NCBI GenBank assembly: GCA_963555995.3
Contig: OY821641.1
Span: 3,392,001 to 3,456,000, forward strand
Reading direction: 5' to 3'
Source of the DNA: Vicinamibacteria bacterium
Lineage (GTDB): Bacteria; Acidobacteriota; Vicinamibacteria; Marinacidobacterales; Marinacidobacteraceae
DNA length: 64,000 nt
In this document: positions 54,140 to 64,000 of the stretch, in pieces
How the letters are laid out: each line of letters begins with the position of its first letter
Position numbering within the stretch: the stretch's first letter is position 1
The notes under the pieces: generated by a model
What the model was told of the DNA's origin: nothing
What the model saw: the letters and a program-made list of their open reading frames with translations, nothing else
Databases searched by the model: none
Program-made: the position numbers and the translations under genes

Positions 54140-55150
54140 TCAGGAGAGCCCCGCGTCCTTCCCCTGGAGCCAGCGGACCGTGTCCAGGAGAGTGACCCGG
54201 CCGTCGCGGGGGTCGTGGCCCAGCTCCCGCGTCGCCTTGTCGGAACGGAAGTACCAGTAGCGGCCGGCCATCTCGCGGCTGATCCGGTCCACGGCGGGTT
54301 CGCGCCCGACCTGGCGCGCGACTTCCTCCGTCAGCAGCGCCCCGACGGTGTAGAGATTCCGCGAGGGACGGAGGCGGGGCGCCGGCGTACCGGACACCTC
54401 ACCGAGCCGGGCAAAGAACTCTTCGAAGGTCCAGTTGTGGCCTCCCAGCAGATAGCGCTGGCCGCTCCGTCCCTTGACCATGGCGGCCCGGACCCCGGCG
54501 GCGGCGTCGCGGACGTCCACGAAGTTCAACCCGCCGGGGGGGATCACCCGGAATTGGCCGGAGAGGAACTGGAGCACGTCGCCGGTCGAGGACAGTCTCT
54601 CGTCGCCGGGCCCGAGCAGCAGCGACGGATTCACGATCACGACCTCGACGTCGCCCCCGGCCGCCGACAGGAGCGTCCGTTCCTGAAGCCACTTGCTCCA
54701 GTAGTAGGGCCAGCGTCCGATCAGCTCGATGGGAACGAGCGCGGTCTCGTCGGTCTCCGGCTCCGGGTCGCGCGACACCGCGATCGTGCCGCTGGTGGAC
54801 ACCAGCACGATCCGCGCGACACCGGCCTTCCGGGCCGCGTTCGCCAGGGCGCGCGTGCCCTCCACATGGACGCGCTGGAGACTGGCGGCGGCGTCCGGGT
54901 CCCGCGAGACCCGGCCGGCGAGGTGGAAGACCCTCCCCACGCCATCGAGCGCCGCTTCCAGCCCCGCGCCCGAGGCCACGTCGCCGACCACGACCTCCAC
55001 GCCGCGGGCCGCGAGGTCGGGAACGGGCTGGCGGGCGAGCACCCGAACGGGGTCGCCGTCCTCGAGCAGCAGCGGGAGCAGGTGGCTGCCGAGAAAGCCG
55101 GTGGCGCCGGTGACCAGTACCGGGGCGGTTGCGGAGGTCGCTTCGGTCAC
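54140..55150 (-). CDS. NAD-dependent epimerase/dehydratase (extended SDR), ElbE-like
   Basis: VTGATGFLG, YYWSK, NPSLLLGPGD, VDVRD; directly downstream of the ElbD-like gene; GTG 55150 preferred. Confidence 0.85.
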   Translation of the reverse strand: MTEATSATAPVLVTGATGFLGSHLLPLLLEDGDPVRVLARQPVPDLAARGVEVVVGDVASGAGLEAALDGVGRVFHLAGRVSRDPDAAASLQRVHVEGTRALANAARKAGVARIVLVSTSGTIAVSRDPEPETDETALVPIELIGRWPYYWSKWLQERTLLSAAGGDVEVVIVNPSLLLGPGDERLSSTGDVLQFLSGQFRVIPPGGLNFVDVRDAAAGVRAAMVKGRSGQRYLLGGHNWTFEEFFARLGEVSGTPAPRLRPSRNLYTVGALLTEEVARQVGREPAVDRISREMAGRYWYFRSDKATRELGHDPRDGRVTLLDTVRWLQGKDAGLS

Positions 55151-55172
55151 GGTGGGGACCCGTCGGCGTTCC

Positions 55173-58100
55173 TCAGCCAACCGGCGTCGGATCGGGCATC
55201 CGGTCGTTCGCCGGCGCGGCGGCGGAGCGCCGCGATTCCGCACCCGGCGCCGCGCCTGCGAGGATGCGCGCCGCCTCCTCCTCGAGCCGGACCGGGTCCT
55301 GGCGCCCCAGGCGCTCGACCATGGTCTGCACGAGCTCGGTCACCCGCGCTTCGGCAACCGCGGCCCGGACCCCGCCCTCGGCGAAGCGAAGCAGGAAATC
55401 GTGGGAGAGGAACGGCCCGATCCGCGCCGCCACGGTGCGCGAACGGAGCCCGACGGCGCCGGGGGGGAACGCTCCCCAGGTATCGAGATGGATTGGCAGC
55501 ACGCCGACCCGGCAGCGGTACGCCAGGTGCGCGAACCCGCGCCGGAACTTCTGGATCTGCCCGCTCCGCGACCTCGTTCCTTCGGGAAACACCAGCACGC
55601 TGTAGCCCTGGTCGAGATACCCCGCGGCCCGGTCCAGCGACTCGCGGAGCGAGCCGCGGCGTTCCATGGGGACGAGACCCGTGAAGTTGCCGAAGAAGGT
55701 GCGCTTCACCCGGTTGTCGAAGAAGTAGTCGGCGGCGGCCAGCGCCAGCAGGTTCGCCCCCGCCTCCCCGAGCGCCATCTTCACGAGCCCCATGTCGAGA
55801 TGGGAGCCGTGATTCGCCACCACCAGGTAGTTCGTGTGGTTCGGGACGTGCGCCCGGCCCGTGAAGGTGGGCGTGAGCACCTGGTGGTAGAACCAGTGCT
55901 GGACCTCGGTCAGCGCCGCACGTCCGGCCTTGGCCACCGCGGGCGGAATCTCGATCTCGTCCTCCTCCCGCTTCTTCCGGGACTCGCCGCGTCGCGGACG
56001 CCGGCCCCGGACGCCGCCCGGAGGCGTCCGCATGGCGAGCACCAGCTCCTCGATGGTGATCATGTTGGCGAGCGCCTCGGGAGCTGCCGACTCGCCGAAC
56101 TCGGACTCGAGCCCGGCCGCGAGTTCGTTGTACATGAGGCTGTCGAAGCCCAGCTCCGCGAAGGAGGACGACGTCCGGATCTCCGAGACGGGACGCTCGG
56201 CGATGGAGGCGATCAGTTCCAAAATCCGGTTCCCCGACAGCGTCTCCTCGCCGGATTCGGCGGCCGCCTCGCGGCGCCGGTCGGCGAGCCAGCGCACGAG
56301 CTCGGCCCGCTTCACCTTGCGGGTCGCGGTCCGGGGAAGCGTCTCGTCCGAGAACTCGACCGTCTTGATCCGCTTGTGCAGCGGCAATCGGGACGAAACG
56401 GACCGGATGTGGGCCTCGACGCGCTGCCGGCCCTCCAGGGTCTTCTCCTTCGGGACGACGACCGCCGCCACCTGCTCGGCCATCCCGTCGGGAAGTCCGA
56501 CCACCGCGAGTTCGGCGATCAGCTCCGGCGAGGCGTAGATCTCCTCCACTTCGTCCGGGTAGATGTTCTTGCCGCCGCTGTCCACGATCACGTCCTTGCG
56601 GCGGCCGACCAGGAAGAGGTGCCCGTCCTTGTCGAGGCGTCCCAGGTCGCCGGTGTAGAGCCAGCCGTCGCGCAGCGCCTCCGCCGTCGCCTCGTCGTTT
56701 CCGTAGTAGCCGGCCATGACGTTCGGGCCCTTCGCCGCCACCTCGCCGACCCCCGAGGCGTCGGGGTCCACGATCCGGATCTCGATCCCGGGAAGCGCCT
56801 TGCCGACGCTGCCGATGGGCACGGGTCCGTCCGGGGACGTCACCGTCAGCACGGGGGCGGCTTCGGTGAGCCCATAGCCCTGGGCGATATGGAACCCGAG
56901 GCCGCGGAAGGCCTTCCAGGTCGCCTCGGAAAGCGCCGACGCGCCGCTGATCAGGTAGCGGATCCGGCCCCCCAGCGCGGTGTGCACCGGGAGGAAGACC
57001 GCGGGGCCGATGTTGACGCCGGTGTCCTCCCGGAGGAGGTGCGCCGCGTCAATCAGGGCGGTGGCGAGGTCTTCCGCCCGCTGCGACCGCTCCGCGAAGG
57101 GCGCCAGGATGCGCCGCCGCAGGAGGTCCCAGAGCGCGGGCACTCCCACGATGCAGGTGGTGTGTCCCTTCCGCAGCTCGGTGTTGATGGCTTCGGCGCC
57201 GATCTCGTCCAGGTAGGCGATCTGGGCGCCCCGGGAGAGCGGCAGCAGGAAACCGGTGGTGAACTCGAACGAATGGTGGAGCGGGAGGATGCTGAGCGCA
57301 CCGTCCTTCTCGTCAATGTCGTAGACCGACAGCAGCTTGGCTACCAGCGAGGTGAAGTTCCGCTGCGTCAGCATCACCCCCTTGGGCGTGCCGGTCGTTC
57401 CGGAGGTGAAGAGGATGGAGGCCAGCGCGGTCGGGCTGGTACGGACGGGCTTGGGGGGAGCCGCCTCGTCCTCTCCTTCGTCCAGCGCGAAGACCTCCCG
57501 GAACGGATGGGCGGCGACCGGCGCTACCGAGCCGTTGTCGCGGGCGAGCCCGGAATGCCGGTCGAACAGCGAATCGCCCATCAGGACGGCCTTGGCGTCC
57601 CCGAGCCGGAGCAGCCGGACGATCTCCTCGCGGCGCAGGTCGCGTTCGAGCGGAATGGCGGTCGCCCCGATCCGCTGGATGGCGAAGTACGCCATGCCCC
57701 ACTCGGGGGAGTTCTCGCCGATCAGCCCGACGTGATCGCCGGCGCCCAACCCCCGGGCCGCCAGGAACGCGGCCCCCCGGAGAACGCACTCCCGGAGGTC
57801 GCCGTAGGTGTACCGCTCCTCCCGGCCGCCCCGGGTGATCCGCATCGCCACCCGCCCCGCGTGGTTCTTGGTACACGCCTCGAACAACTCGTTGATGGTC
57901 CGGTAGGTGTAGACGCGCTTCTGGGCGCGGCGCTGGCCGCGCTCTTGGTCCTCGAGCGCCGGGAACACCCACCGCTCGAGGCCCGGCAGGTGGACGTGGA
58001 GCCAGTAGTCGTACCAGTCGATCTCCTCGGGATTGAAGAAAAGCTTTCCGTCGTTTCCGTCGAGCCGGGAGAAGAGATCGTGCGTGTTGTCGGCGCGGAA

Positions 58101-59588
58101 GATGAACTCCTCGCCGGCGATGAAGGGCCGGAAGGTGTGGTACTGCCGCTCGCCCTGGGTGACGAAGTCCTCGAACGAGTCCACGTTCCGCTGGAGCGCC
58201 TCGACCACGCCGACCAGGGGACCGATGGGTTCGTCGCCGGCCCGGCCGAGCACGCCGGACAGCGCGGAGGCGGACTCCCGCATCCACTTGAGGGTGTGTT
58301 TTTCGAAGCGGTCGGCGCGGACCGCCTGCGCCTCCATCCGGGCGAGCGCCTCGTTCCAGAGCTTCATGCCGGTCGGCTTGTCGCGGAAGTGGCGGCGCTT
58401 GTAGATCCCGACGAGGTCCACGAGCCGCTCCACCCGCGCCGGGTTCCGGTCCCCGCTGGACACCTGGTACACGAGGTGGGGCTCCGACACGATCGTTTCG
58501 GCGGCGACCGCCAGCGTCGCCGAGGCGACGAGGTCCACCGGCACGACGTCCAGCACCACCCCCGGGCCGACCGGGAACAGGTTCTGCCCCCGGAGCGCCA
58601 TCCGGACGAGCGGGGCGCTGGTGGTGAAGCCCTCGTTCCAGCCGGTGTGGGGGAACGAGAGCGCGCTCTCCACCACCGCCGGGCGCACGATCGCCCGCGC
58701 GACGCCCTCCGCGCCCGCCACGAGCTGGTCCCCGAGGCTCTTCGTGTAGGTGTAGATGTTCGGCCAGCCCCAGCCCTGCGCCTTCTCGATGCCGAGGTCG
58801 CGGAGCCGGCGGCGGATCCACTCCTTCCGCTCGCGGGCGATGGCGAGCGACAGCGACCGCGCGTCGTCCGGGTCGCGGCCCTCCTCGGCGAACCGCTTGC
58901 GGGCCGCCTCCTGGAAGGCGTCCACCCGCGACTTGTCCTCCGCTTCGTCGCGCACCCGGGCGGCGAGGCGTTCGCAGTCCTCGATCTCCTTCTCGACCGA
59001 GAACTCCTGGTCTTCCCGGTCGCGGCGCGGGAAATAGCCGATCAGGGGTTCGTCCTCGCGCACCTCTCCCGATCGCATCCCCGCCACGAAGCAGGTGCTG
59101 ATGTGCACGAGGGCGGGGCGCTGCATCCGCCGGGCGAAGGCGATGGTGTTCCGGGTCCCGTGGACGTTCGTCTGGAGCGCCGCCTCGAGCGACGGGTTGA
59201 ACGTCACCCGGCCGGAACAGTTGAGGACGAGATCAATGTCGGCGGCGATCTCCGCGGCGCGTTCTTCCGGGTAGCCGAGGTTGTCGCTCGTGATGTCCCC
59301 GCCGAGCACGACGATCTTCTCGTCCAGGAAATCGCGGAGGCCGGACCCGTGGCGCTCGCGCAGCGGCGAGACCGCCGGGGAGTTCTCCCAGATGTCTTCG
59401 AACCGCACCCGGCTCTCCGCCTCGCCCGCCGCCCGCACCATGAGATAGACGCGCCGGATCTCCGGGAAGAACTCGAGGAGCATCCCGAGGCAGACCTTGC
59501 CCAGGAACCCGGTCCCGCCGAGCAGCAGGATGCTCCGTCCGGCGAAGGCTTCGCCCACGTGGATCCGGGGCCGGGCCATCTGGGTCAC
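55173..59588 (-). CDS. elbD: Multifunctional fatty acyl reductase-acyl-AMP ligase-ACP-acyltransferase (ether lipid biosynthesis)
   Basis: Reductase GGTGFLGK and YTYTK; adenylation FTSGTTGTPKG, GYGLTE, TGDLG; ACP LGFDSL; PlsC-type NHGSHLD and FPEGTRS. Same domain set as myxobacterial ElbD. Confidence 0.88.
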   Translation of the reverse strand: MTQMARPRIHVGEAFAGRSILLLGGTGFLGKVCLGMLLEFFPEIRRVYLMVRAAGEAESRVRFEDIWENSPAVSPLRERHGSGLRDFLDEKIVVLGGDITSDNLGYPEERAAEIAADIDLVLNCSGRVTFNPSLEAALQTNVHGTRNTIAFARRMQRPALVHISTCFVAGMRSGEVREDEPLIGYFPRRDREDQEFSVEKEIEDCERLAARVRDEAEDKSRVDAFQEAARKRFAEEGRDPDDARSLSLAIARERKEWIRRRLRDLGIEKAQGWGWPNIYTYTKSLGDQLVAGAEGVARAIVRPAVVESALSFPHTGWNEGFTTSAPLVRMALRGQNLFPVGPGVVLDVVPVDLVASATLAVAAETIVSEPHLVYQVSSGDRNPARVERLVDLVGIYKRRHFRDKPTGMKLWNEALARMEAQAVRADRFEKHTLKWMRESASALSGVLGRAGDEPIGPLVGVVEALQRNVDSFEDFVTQGERQYHTFRPFIAGEEFIFRADNTHDLFSRLDGNDGKLFFNPEEIDWYDYWLHVHLPGLERWVFPALEDQERGQRRAQKRVYTYRTINELFEACTKNHAGRVAMRITRGGREERYTYGDLRECVLRGAAFLAARGLGAGDHVGLIGENSPEWGMAYFAIQRIGATAIPLERDLRREEIVRLLRLGDAKAVLMGDSLFDRHSGLARDNGSVAPVAAHPFREVFALDEGEDEAAPPKPVRTSPTALASILFTSGTTGTPKGVMLTQRNFTSLVAKLLSVYDIDEKDGALSILPLHHSFEFTTGFLLPLSRGAQIAYLDEIGAEAINTELRKGHTTCIVGVPALWDLLRRRILAPFAERSQRAEDLATALIDAAHLLREDTGVNIGPAVFLPVHTALGGRIRYLISGASALSEATWKAFRGLGFHIAQGYGLTEAAPVLTVTSPDGPVPIGSVGKALPGIEIRIVDPDASGVGEVAAKGPNVMAGYYGNDEATAEALRDGWLYTGDLGRLDKDGHLFLVGRRKDVIVDSGGKNIYPDEVEEIYASPELIAELAVVGLPDGMAEQVAAVVVPKEKTLEGRQRVEAHIRSVSSRLPLHKRIKTVEFSDETLPRTATRKVKRAELVRWLADRRREAAAESGEETLSGNRILELIASIAERPVSEIRTSSSFAELGFDSLMYNELAAGLESEFGESAAPEALANMITIEELVLAMRTPPGGVRGRRPRRGESRKKREEDEIEIPPAVAKAGRAALTEVQHWFYHQVLTPTFTGRAHVPNHTNYLVVANHGSHLDMGLVKMALGEAGANLLALAAADYFFDNRVKRTFFGNFTGLVPMERRGSLRESLDRAAGYLDQGYSVLVFPEGTRSRSGQIQKFRRGFAHLAYRCRVGVLPIHLDTWGAFPPGAVGLRSRTVAARIGPFLSHDFLLRFAEGGVRAAVAEARVTELVQTMVERLGRQDPVRLEEEAARILAGAAPGAESRRSAAAPANDRMPDPTPVG

Positions 59589-59595
59589 GGCGCGG

Positions 59596-61194
59596 CTAGG
59601 AGACCTCGGGGATCATGATCGGCGGGACATGGAGCATGGTGATTTCGGCGGAGCGGCCGTGCGTGCTGCGCGCCATCGCGATCGCCTCGGTCACCGTCTC
59701 CGCCGATTCCCAGCCGAGGATCTCGGGGACGTGCTGGTTCTTCGCCCCGGCCACGATGATCCGGCCGACGTGCTGGCGCCCGTTCTCGCCCCAGTACCAC
59801 ATGAAGAAGGGATGGGCCCCGTGGTAGGCGTTCCCGTCCCGGTACATCTGCACGTAGGACGGGTTGTGCGCGAACTCCTCCTCGTACTTCGTCCGCAGCA
59901 CGAAGGGGTCCCGGGTCTCGGGGAGCAGCCGGTGGAAGAACTCGATGTAGCTGGGGTGAAACAGGGGATCGAAGTCGTCGTGGCAGGGGTGCGCCAGGAT
60001 CAGGGTGCCGCCCTTCCTGATCAGCGGCTTCCCCCGGTAGAGGTTGAAGAGATAGCCCGGACCCATGACCTGGACGAGCAGCGGGTTCAGGATCGAGTTC
60101 ACGTTGTAGGGCGAGATGTAGGGGATCCCCGAGAGCAGGATGTCGCACTGCCCCTTCACGGGGACGGCGTACTGCTGGAAGGAACGCTCGAGGGTCTTTT
60201 CGTGAACGGGCTCGGTGCGGCCCGCATAGCAGCCGATCAACTCGAAGGCGCCCGGGATGCGGTGCAGGAACTGCCGCTTCGCCGGCGCGGGCAGGCGGCT
60301 CAGCGACCAGCGCGTCCCCGCGAGCTTCAGCCGGTCGAGGTCGCTGAACTCGTCCTCGTCCTTCCCGAGGAACGAGAGGGTGTCGGAATACATCCGGTTG
60401 TTGAGCACCGTCTCCACGTGAAACACGTTCAGGTGCCGGTCCACGATCTTGCCCATCCGGTCCACCTTGCGGCTCAGTTCCGACTTGGCCGGGTCCATGT
60501 AGCCGTCGGAATCGCGGATCGTCTGCGGCTCGTGGTGCGGCCTCAGGCTCTCGTAGTCGCAAAGCCCCACGGTCACCGACTTGTGACCCCCGTCCATGGG
60601 CACCAGGTTGATGTTCAGGTAGATGACGAGGTCGCTCTCGGTCACCCGCCGGTTCACCCGGACCGGCTCGTGATGGCGGGTCTTTCCCAGCGCGACCATG
60701 CCGTTCGGATCCTCGGCATCGTGGTTGTAGTAGCGGTTCGGATAGAACGCCTTGTGGATGTCCGGCCCCACCATCCGGCGCATTTCCGATTCGGTCATCT
60801 TCCGGTGCAGCGAGTTCGCAATGACCAGGTGGATGTCGTCCACGCCGTGGTCGCCGAGCATTTCCAGCACGATCTCGAGCGCGGTCTGGCGGACGTCGGG
60901 AGTGGCCATCGGCGGCAGCGGCAGGCTGATGTCGTCGAGCGCGATGGTGACCCGCATTCCCGGCCGGAGCTGCGCGTAGAGCGGATCGCAGCCCAGCGGA
61001 TGGTTGAGCGCGTGTCGGATCGCCCCCCGCGGGTTCGGCAGGCCCCGGATCGGCGGCGGCGGATAGACCACCCGGGTGCCGACCGGCAGGTGTTCCTCGA
61101 GAAAGTCCTCGCCGTAGTGCAGAACACGCGCGGCCGAGTCATTGTCAATGAAGACGATGCCGGGATCGGTCTTGTGGCGCAGGGCGGGGGTCAT
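59596..61194 (-). CDS. DUF2088 / lactate-racemase N-terminal domain protein, ElbC-like
   Basis: [33 protein letters not shown]; position in the elb-like operon. Confidence 0.78.
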   Translation of the reverse strand: MTPALRHKTDPGIVFIDNDSAARVLHYGEDFLEEHLPVGTRVVYPPPPIRGLPNPRGAIRHALNHPLGCDPLYAQLRPGMRVTIALDDISLPLPPMATPDVRQTALEIVLEMLGDHGVDDIHLVIANSLHRKMTESEMRRMVGPDIHKAFYPNRYYNHDAEDPNGMVALGKTRHHEPVRVNRRVTESDLVIYLNINLVPMDGGHKSVTVGLCDYESLRPHHEPQTIRDSDGYMDPAKSELSRKVDRMGKIVDRHLNVFHVETVLNNRMYSDTLSFLGKDEDEFSDLDRLKLAGTRWSLSRLPAPAKRQFLHRIPGAFELIGCYAGRTEPVHEKTLERSFQQYAVPVKGQCDILLSGIPYISPYNVNSILNPLLVQVMGPGYLFNLYRGKPLIRKGGTLILAHPCHDDFDPLFHPSYIEFFHRLLPETRDPFVLRTKYEEEFAHNPSYVQMYRDGNAYHGAHPFFMWYWGENGRQHVGRIIVAGAKNQHVPEILGWESAETVTEAIAMARSTHGRSAEITMLHVPPIMIPEVS

Positions 61195-61218
61195 GCAGTG
61201 GGCTTCCTTCCGGGCGCT

Positions 61219-61935
61219 CTAGAGCGCGGGAGTGAGATTCGGCCGGCTCAGATCAATGACCGGCCAGTCGTGGTGCCGGGCCGTGCTCTTGAGGCGAACG
61301 TCCGGGTTGGCCGCGGTGGGATGGCCGACCACGCTCAGCATGGGCAGGTCGGACATGCTGTCGGCGTAGGCGTAACTATCGTTCAACGAGAGCTCCTCGC
61401 GTTCCGCGTATTCCCGGATCCAGAGCGCCTTGCTCGCGCTCGCCATCACCGGCGGCGCCAGTCGGCCGGTGGCCCGGCCGTCCACGAACTCGAGGCGGTT
61501 GGCGACGAACTCGGTGATCCCGAGGTCGTCGAGGAGGGGCCGGATGGACACCTCGAGCGCGCCGGTCACGACCACCTGCCGCAGGCCGCTCCGGCGCGAC
61601 GCCTCGATGAGCGCGCGGGTTCCGGGGAAGATGCCGGGGCGGACCACGTCCCGGTAGAGGTCCTCGGCGAGCGAGCGCAGCCGGTCGTGGGACTGGCCCC
61701 GGTACCACTTGAAGAAGAGATCGTTGAAGAGTTTGCGGCTGTAGAAATCGGTCGTGAGGAACAGCGGGATTCCGGCGAGCGTCGCCGCGGAGTTCTTCAG
61801 ACTCCGCAGGAGCCCTTGGTCGTTCCGGGCGTAATACCCGAGGACATGAACGAGATTCGTGCGAATCAGGGTGCCGTCGAGGTCGTAGAACGCCGCCGCT
61901 TTCGCCGGACGGTTCGCTGGTTCGCCGGGTGACAT
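61219..61935 (-). CDS. HAD-IB family phosphatase, ElbB-like
   Basis: FYDLDGTL, VTG, K, YADSMSDLPML, NPD motifs; ATG 61935 preferred. Confidence 0.88.
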   Translation of the reverse strand: MSPGEPANRPAKAAAFYDLDGTLIRTNLVHVLGYYARNDQGLLRSLKNSAATLAGIPLFLTTDFYSRKLFNDLFFKWYRGQSHDRLRSLAEDLYRDVVRPGIFPGTRALIEASRRSGLRQVVVTGALEVSIRPLLDDLGITEFVANRLEFVDGRATGRLAPPVMASASKALWIREYAEREELSLNDSYAYADSMSDLPMLSVVGHPTAANPDVRLKSTARHHDWPVIDLSRPNLTPAL

Positions 61936-62068
61936 CGGGGTCAGATTATCGCCGCGCGCCCGCCGGGACGGCTGTCGGGCGCGCGTCCGAAGGTGTTGTT
62001 GGCGTACCATCCACCGTCCTCTTCGAGTTCAGGACTCCCCGTTTCGCCCAAAAGGGGGCGAGAAGTTC

Positions 62069-63139
62069 GTGATTCAACTGCCAACCCCGAAAGACCCCTC
62101 GCAAGCCATCCGCCGCGTCGCAATCACGGCCGTCGGGGCCTATCTTCCGGACCGGGTGCTGTCGAACGACGATCTGGAAAGGATGGTGGACACCTCCGAC
62201 GAGTGGATCCGGGAGCGCACCGGCATCAGCGAGCGCCGGATCGTGGAGAGGGGCACCGGATGTTCCTCCCTGGCCTCCCGCGCGGCTCAGGACGCGCTGC
62301 GGCGGCGGGGAATCACGGCCGACGACGTGGATCTCATCGTGGTCGCCACCGTGACCCCCGACATGAGCTTCCCCTCCACCGCCTGCCTGGTCCAGGACCG
62401 GATCGGCGCCAGCCGCGCCTGGGGATTCGATCTGTCGGCGGCGTGCAGCGGCTTCAACTTCGCGCTCGCCGCGGGGACGCAGTTCGTCGCCAGCGGGGCC
62501 GTGGAACGGGCGCTGGTGATCGGGGCTGACGTGATGAGCTCGATCACCGACTACGAGGACCGGTCCACCTGCATCCTGTTCGGGGATGCGGGCGGCGCGG
62601 TCCTGCTCGAAGCCGCCCAGGACGGCGAGGGCATCCTCGGTTTCAACAACCAGGTGGACGGCTCCGGGTGCGACCTGCTCCAGATGCCCGCCGGGGGCAG
62701 CCTTCGCCCGCCCACCCACGAGACCGTGGACCGCAAGGAGCACTACCTCAAGCAGGAGGGCAAGGCGGTCTTCCGCTTCGCGGTGCGCAACTCGGCCGAC
62801 GCCGCCGAGGCGCTGCTGGCGGAGCTCGGCTTCACGCGCGACGACGTCTCCTTCCTCGTCTGCCACCAGGCGAACGCCCGGATCATTGATGCGGTCGCGC
62901 GGCGGCTCCAGGTTCCGCCGGAACGCGTGGTGAAGACGATCCACAAGTACGGCAACACCACCGCCGCCTCGATCCCCACCGCGCTCCGTGACGCCCTCGA
63001 CCGCTCGCTGCTCGCGCCCGGCGACCTGGTGCTGTTCAGTTCGGTGGGCGCCGGGCTGACCATCGGCACCGCCGCCATTCGCTGGGGCGGCGAACGGACC
63101 GCTCCGGCATCGGCCGGGACGAACTCCACCGGCCCCTGA
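62069..63139 (+). CDS. fabH: 3-oxoacyl-ACP synthase III
   Basis: [19 protein letters not shown] (Cys), LFGD, HQANARI (His), GNTTAAS (Asn). Confidence 0.95.
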   Translation: MIQLPTPKDPSQAIRRVAITAVGAYLPDRVLSNDDLERMVDTSDEWIRERTGISERRIVERGTGCSSLASRAAQDALRRRGITADDVDLIVVATVTPDMSFPSTACLVQDRIGASRAWGFDLSAACSGFNFALAAGTQFVASGAVERALVIGADVMSSITDYEDRSTCILFGDAGGAVLLEAAQDGEGILGFNNQVDGSGCDLLQMPAGGSLRPPTHETVDRKEHYLKQEGKAVFRFAVRNSADAAEALLAELGFTRDDVSFLVCHQANARIIDAVARRLQVPPERVVKTIHKYGNTTAASIPTALRDALDRSLLAPGDLVLFSSVGAGLTIGTAAIRWGGERTAPASAGTNSTGP

Positions 63140-64000
63140 CCTCCCGGACTCCTCCCGAACCTGCGGCGGCAGCCGCGGCCGGCGGCGAAAACCGGTTGGC
63201 GCTCGAAACGAGCCCGTACCTCCTCCAGCACCGGGACAACCCCGTCCACTGGCGGCCGTGGGGACCGGCCGCCTTCGAGGAGGCCGCCCGGCGCGACGCC
63301 CCGGTGCTGCTCTCGGTCGGGTACTCCAGTTGCCACTGGTGTCACGTGATGGCGCACGAATCCTTCGAGGACGCGGCCATCGCCCAGGTCATGAACGAGT
63401 CGTTCGTCCCGGTGAAGGTGGACCGGGAAGAGCGGCCCGACGTGGACGAGATCTACATGGCCTTCGTCCAGGCGACCACCGGCGCCGGCGGCTGGCCGCT
63501 CACCGTGTTCGTGGCGCCGGACCGGACCCCCTTCTTCGGCGGCACCTACTTCCCGCCGGAAGACCGCTGGGGACGCCCCGGATTCCCCCGCATCCTCGCC
63601 GCCATCGCCGCCGTCTGGAAGGACCGGTCCCGGCGGAACGAGCTGCTGCAGAACGGCGTGCGGCTTCTCGACCGCCTCCGCCAGGCGGCGGCGCTGCCCG
63701 GGCAGCTCGCCGCCCGCGGAACGCTCATCACCTCCGAGCCGGTCGGCCGCGCGGTGCGGCAGTTTCTCGGCTCCTTTGACCGCGAACACGGGGGTTTCGG
63801 ACCGGCGCCGAAGTTCCCCCCCAGCCGGCAGCTCACGCTGCTCCTCCGGCGCCACCTGGAGGAGGGGGGCGCGGAATCCCTCGACGCGTCCCGCTTCACG
63901 CTCCGGCGGATGGCGGACGGCGGGCTCTTCGACCAGCTCGGCGGCGGGTTCCATCGCTATTCCACCGATGCGGAGTGGCTGGCCCCCCACTTCGAGAAGA
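63136..64000 (+). CDS. Thioredoxin-domain protein YyaL/DUF255 (SPATA20-like), partial
   Basis: Hand translation [14 protein letters not shown]...[13 protein letters not shown]...[11 protein letters not shown]...GGWPL...APKFP...PHFEK; runs off the window; start uncertain (CTG 63136). Confidence 0.92.
   Translation, partial: MTSRTPPEPAAAAAAGGENRLALETSPYLLQHRDNPVHWRPWGPAAFEEAARRDAPVLLSVGYSSCHWCHVMAHESFEDAAIAQVMNESFVPVKVDREERPDVDEIYMAFVQATTGAGGWPLTVFVAPDRTPFFGGTYFPPEDRWGRPGFPRILAAIAAVWKDRSRRNELLQNGVRLLDRLRQAAALPGQLAARGTLITSEPVGRAVRQFLGSFDREHGGFGPAPKFPPSRQLTLLLRRHLEEGGAESLDASRFTLRRMADGGLFDQLGGGFHRYSTDAEWLAPHFEK

Noticed and set aside
54729-61932. 1629-aa and 811-aa + strand ORFs
   Set aside because: Antisense shadows of the elb-like genes.

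Overview
High-GC bacterial window dominated by lipid biosynthesis. Host is probably an Acidobacteriota-like sponge symbiont (inference from gene content only). (1) Bases 1-35094 on the minus strand are one uninterrupted type I PKS ORF of at least 11,698 codons. It is missing from the ORF track, probably because it runs off the left edge. Architecture: loading KS(Cys->Ser)-ACP, then M1 KS-AT0-KR-ACP, M2 KS-AT0-ACP, M3 KS-AT0-DH-cMT-ER-KR-ACP, M4 KS-AT0-DH-KR-ACP, M5 KS-AT0-DH-ER-KR-ACP, M6 KS-AT0-DH-cMT-ER-KR-ACP and the start of the M7 KS. Every visible AT lacks the catalytic Ser at its canonical position, in graded stages of decay, so this looks like a cis-AT assembly line becoming AT-less. 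Upstream are an alpha/beta-hydrolase, a free ACP (sup-like accessories) and an orphan RND permease. (2) A LysW-dependent lysine operon (lysW-lysX-lysY-Ntn hydrolase-lysZ-lysJ) has no lysK and carries an EgtC-like class II amidohydrolase instead. (3) A decayed AbiEii-type toxin-antitoxin pair, a Cys-rich hypothetical, a TPR protein and REP-like palindromes. (4) A three-gene operon of exported unknowns, two with Tat signals. (5) An elbB-E-like ether-lipid cluster flanked by a CDP-alcohol phosphatidyltransferase, a DAG-kinase-family gene, fabH and a partial YyaL/DUF255 gene. Module and domain boundaries are approximate hand translations.
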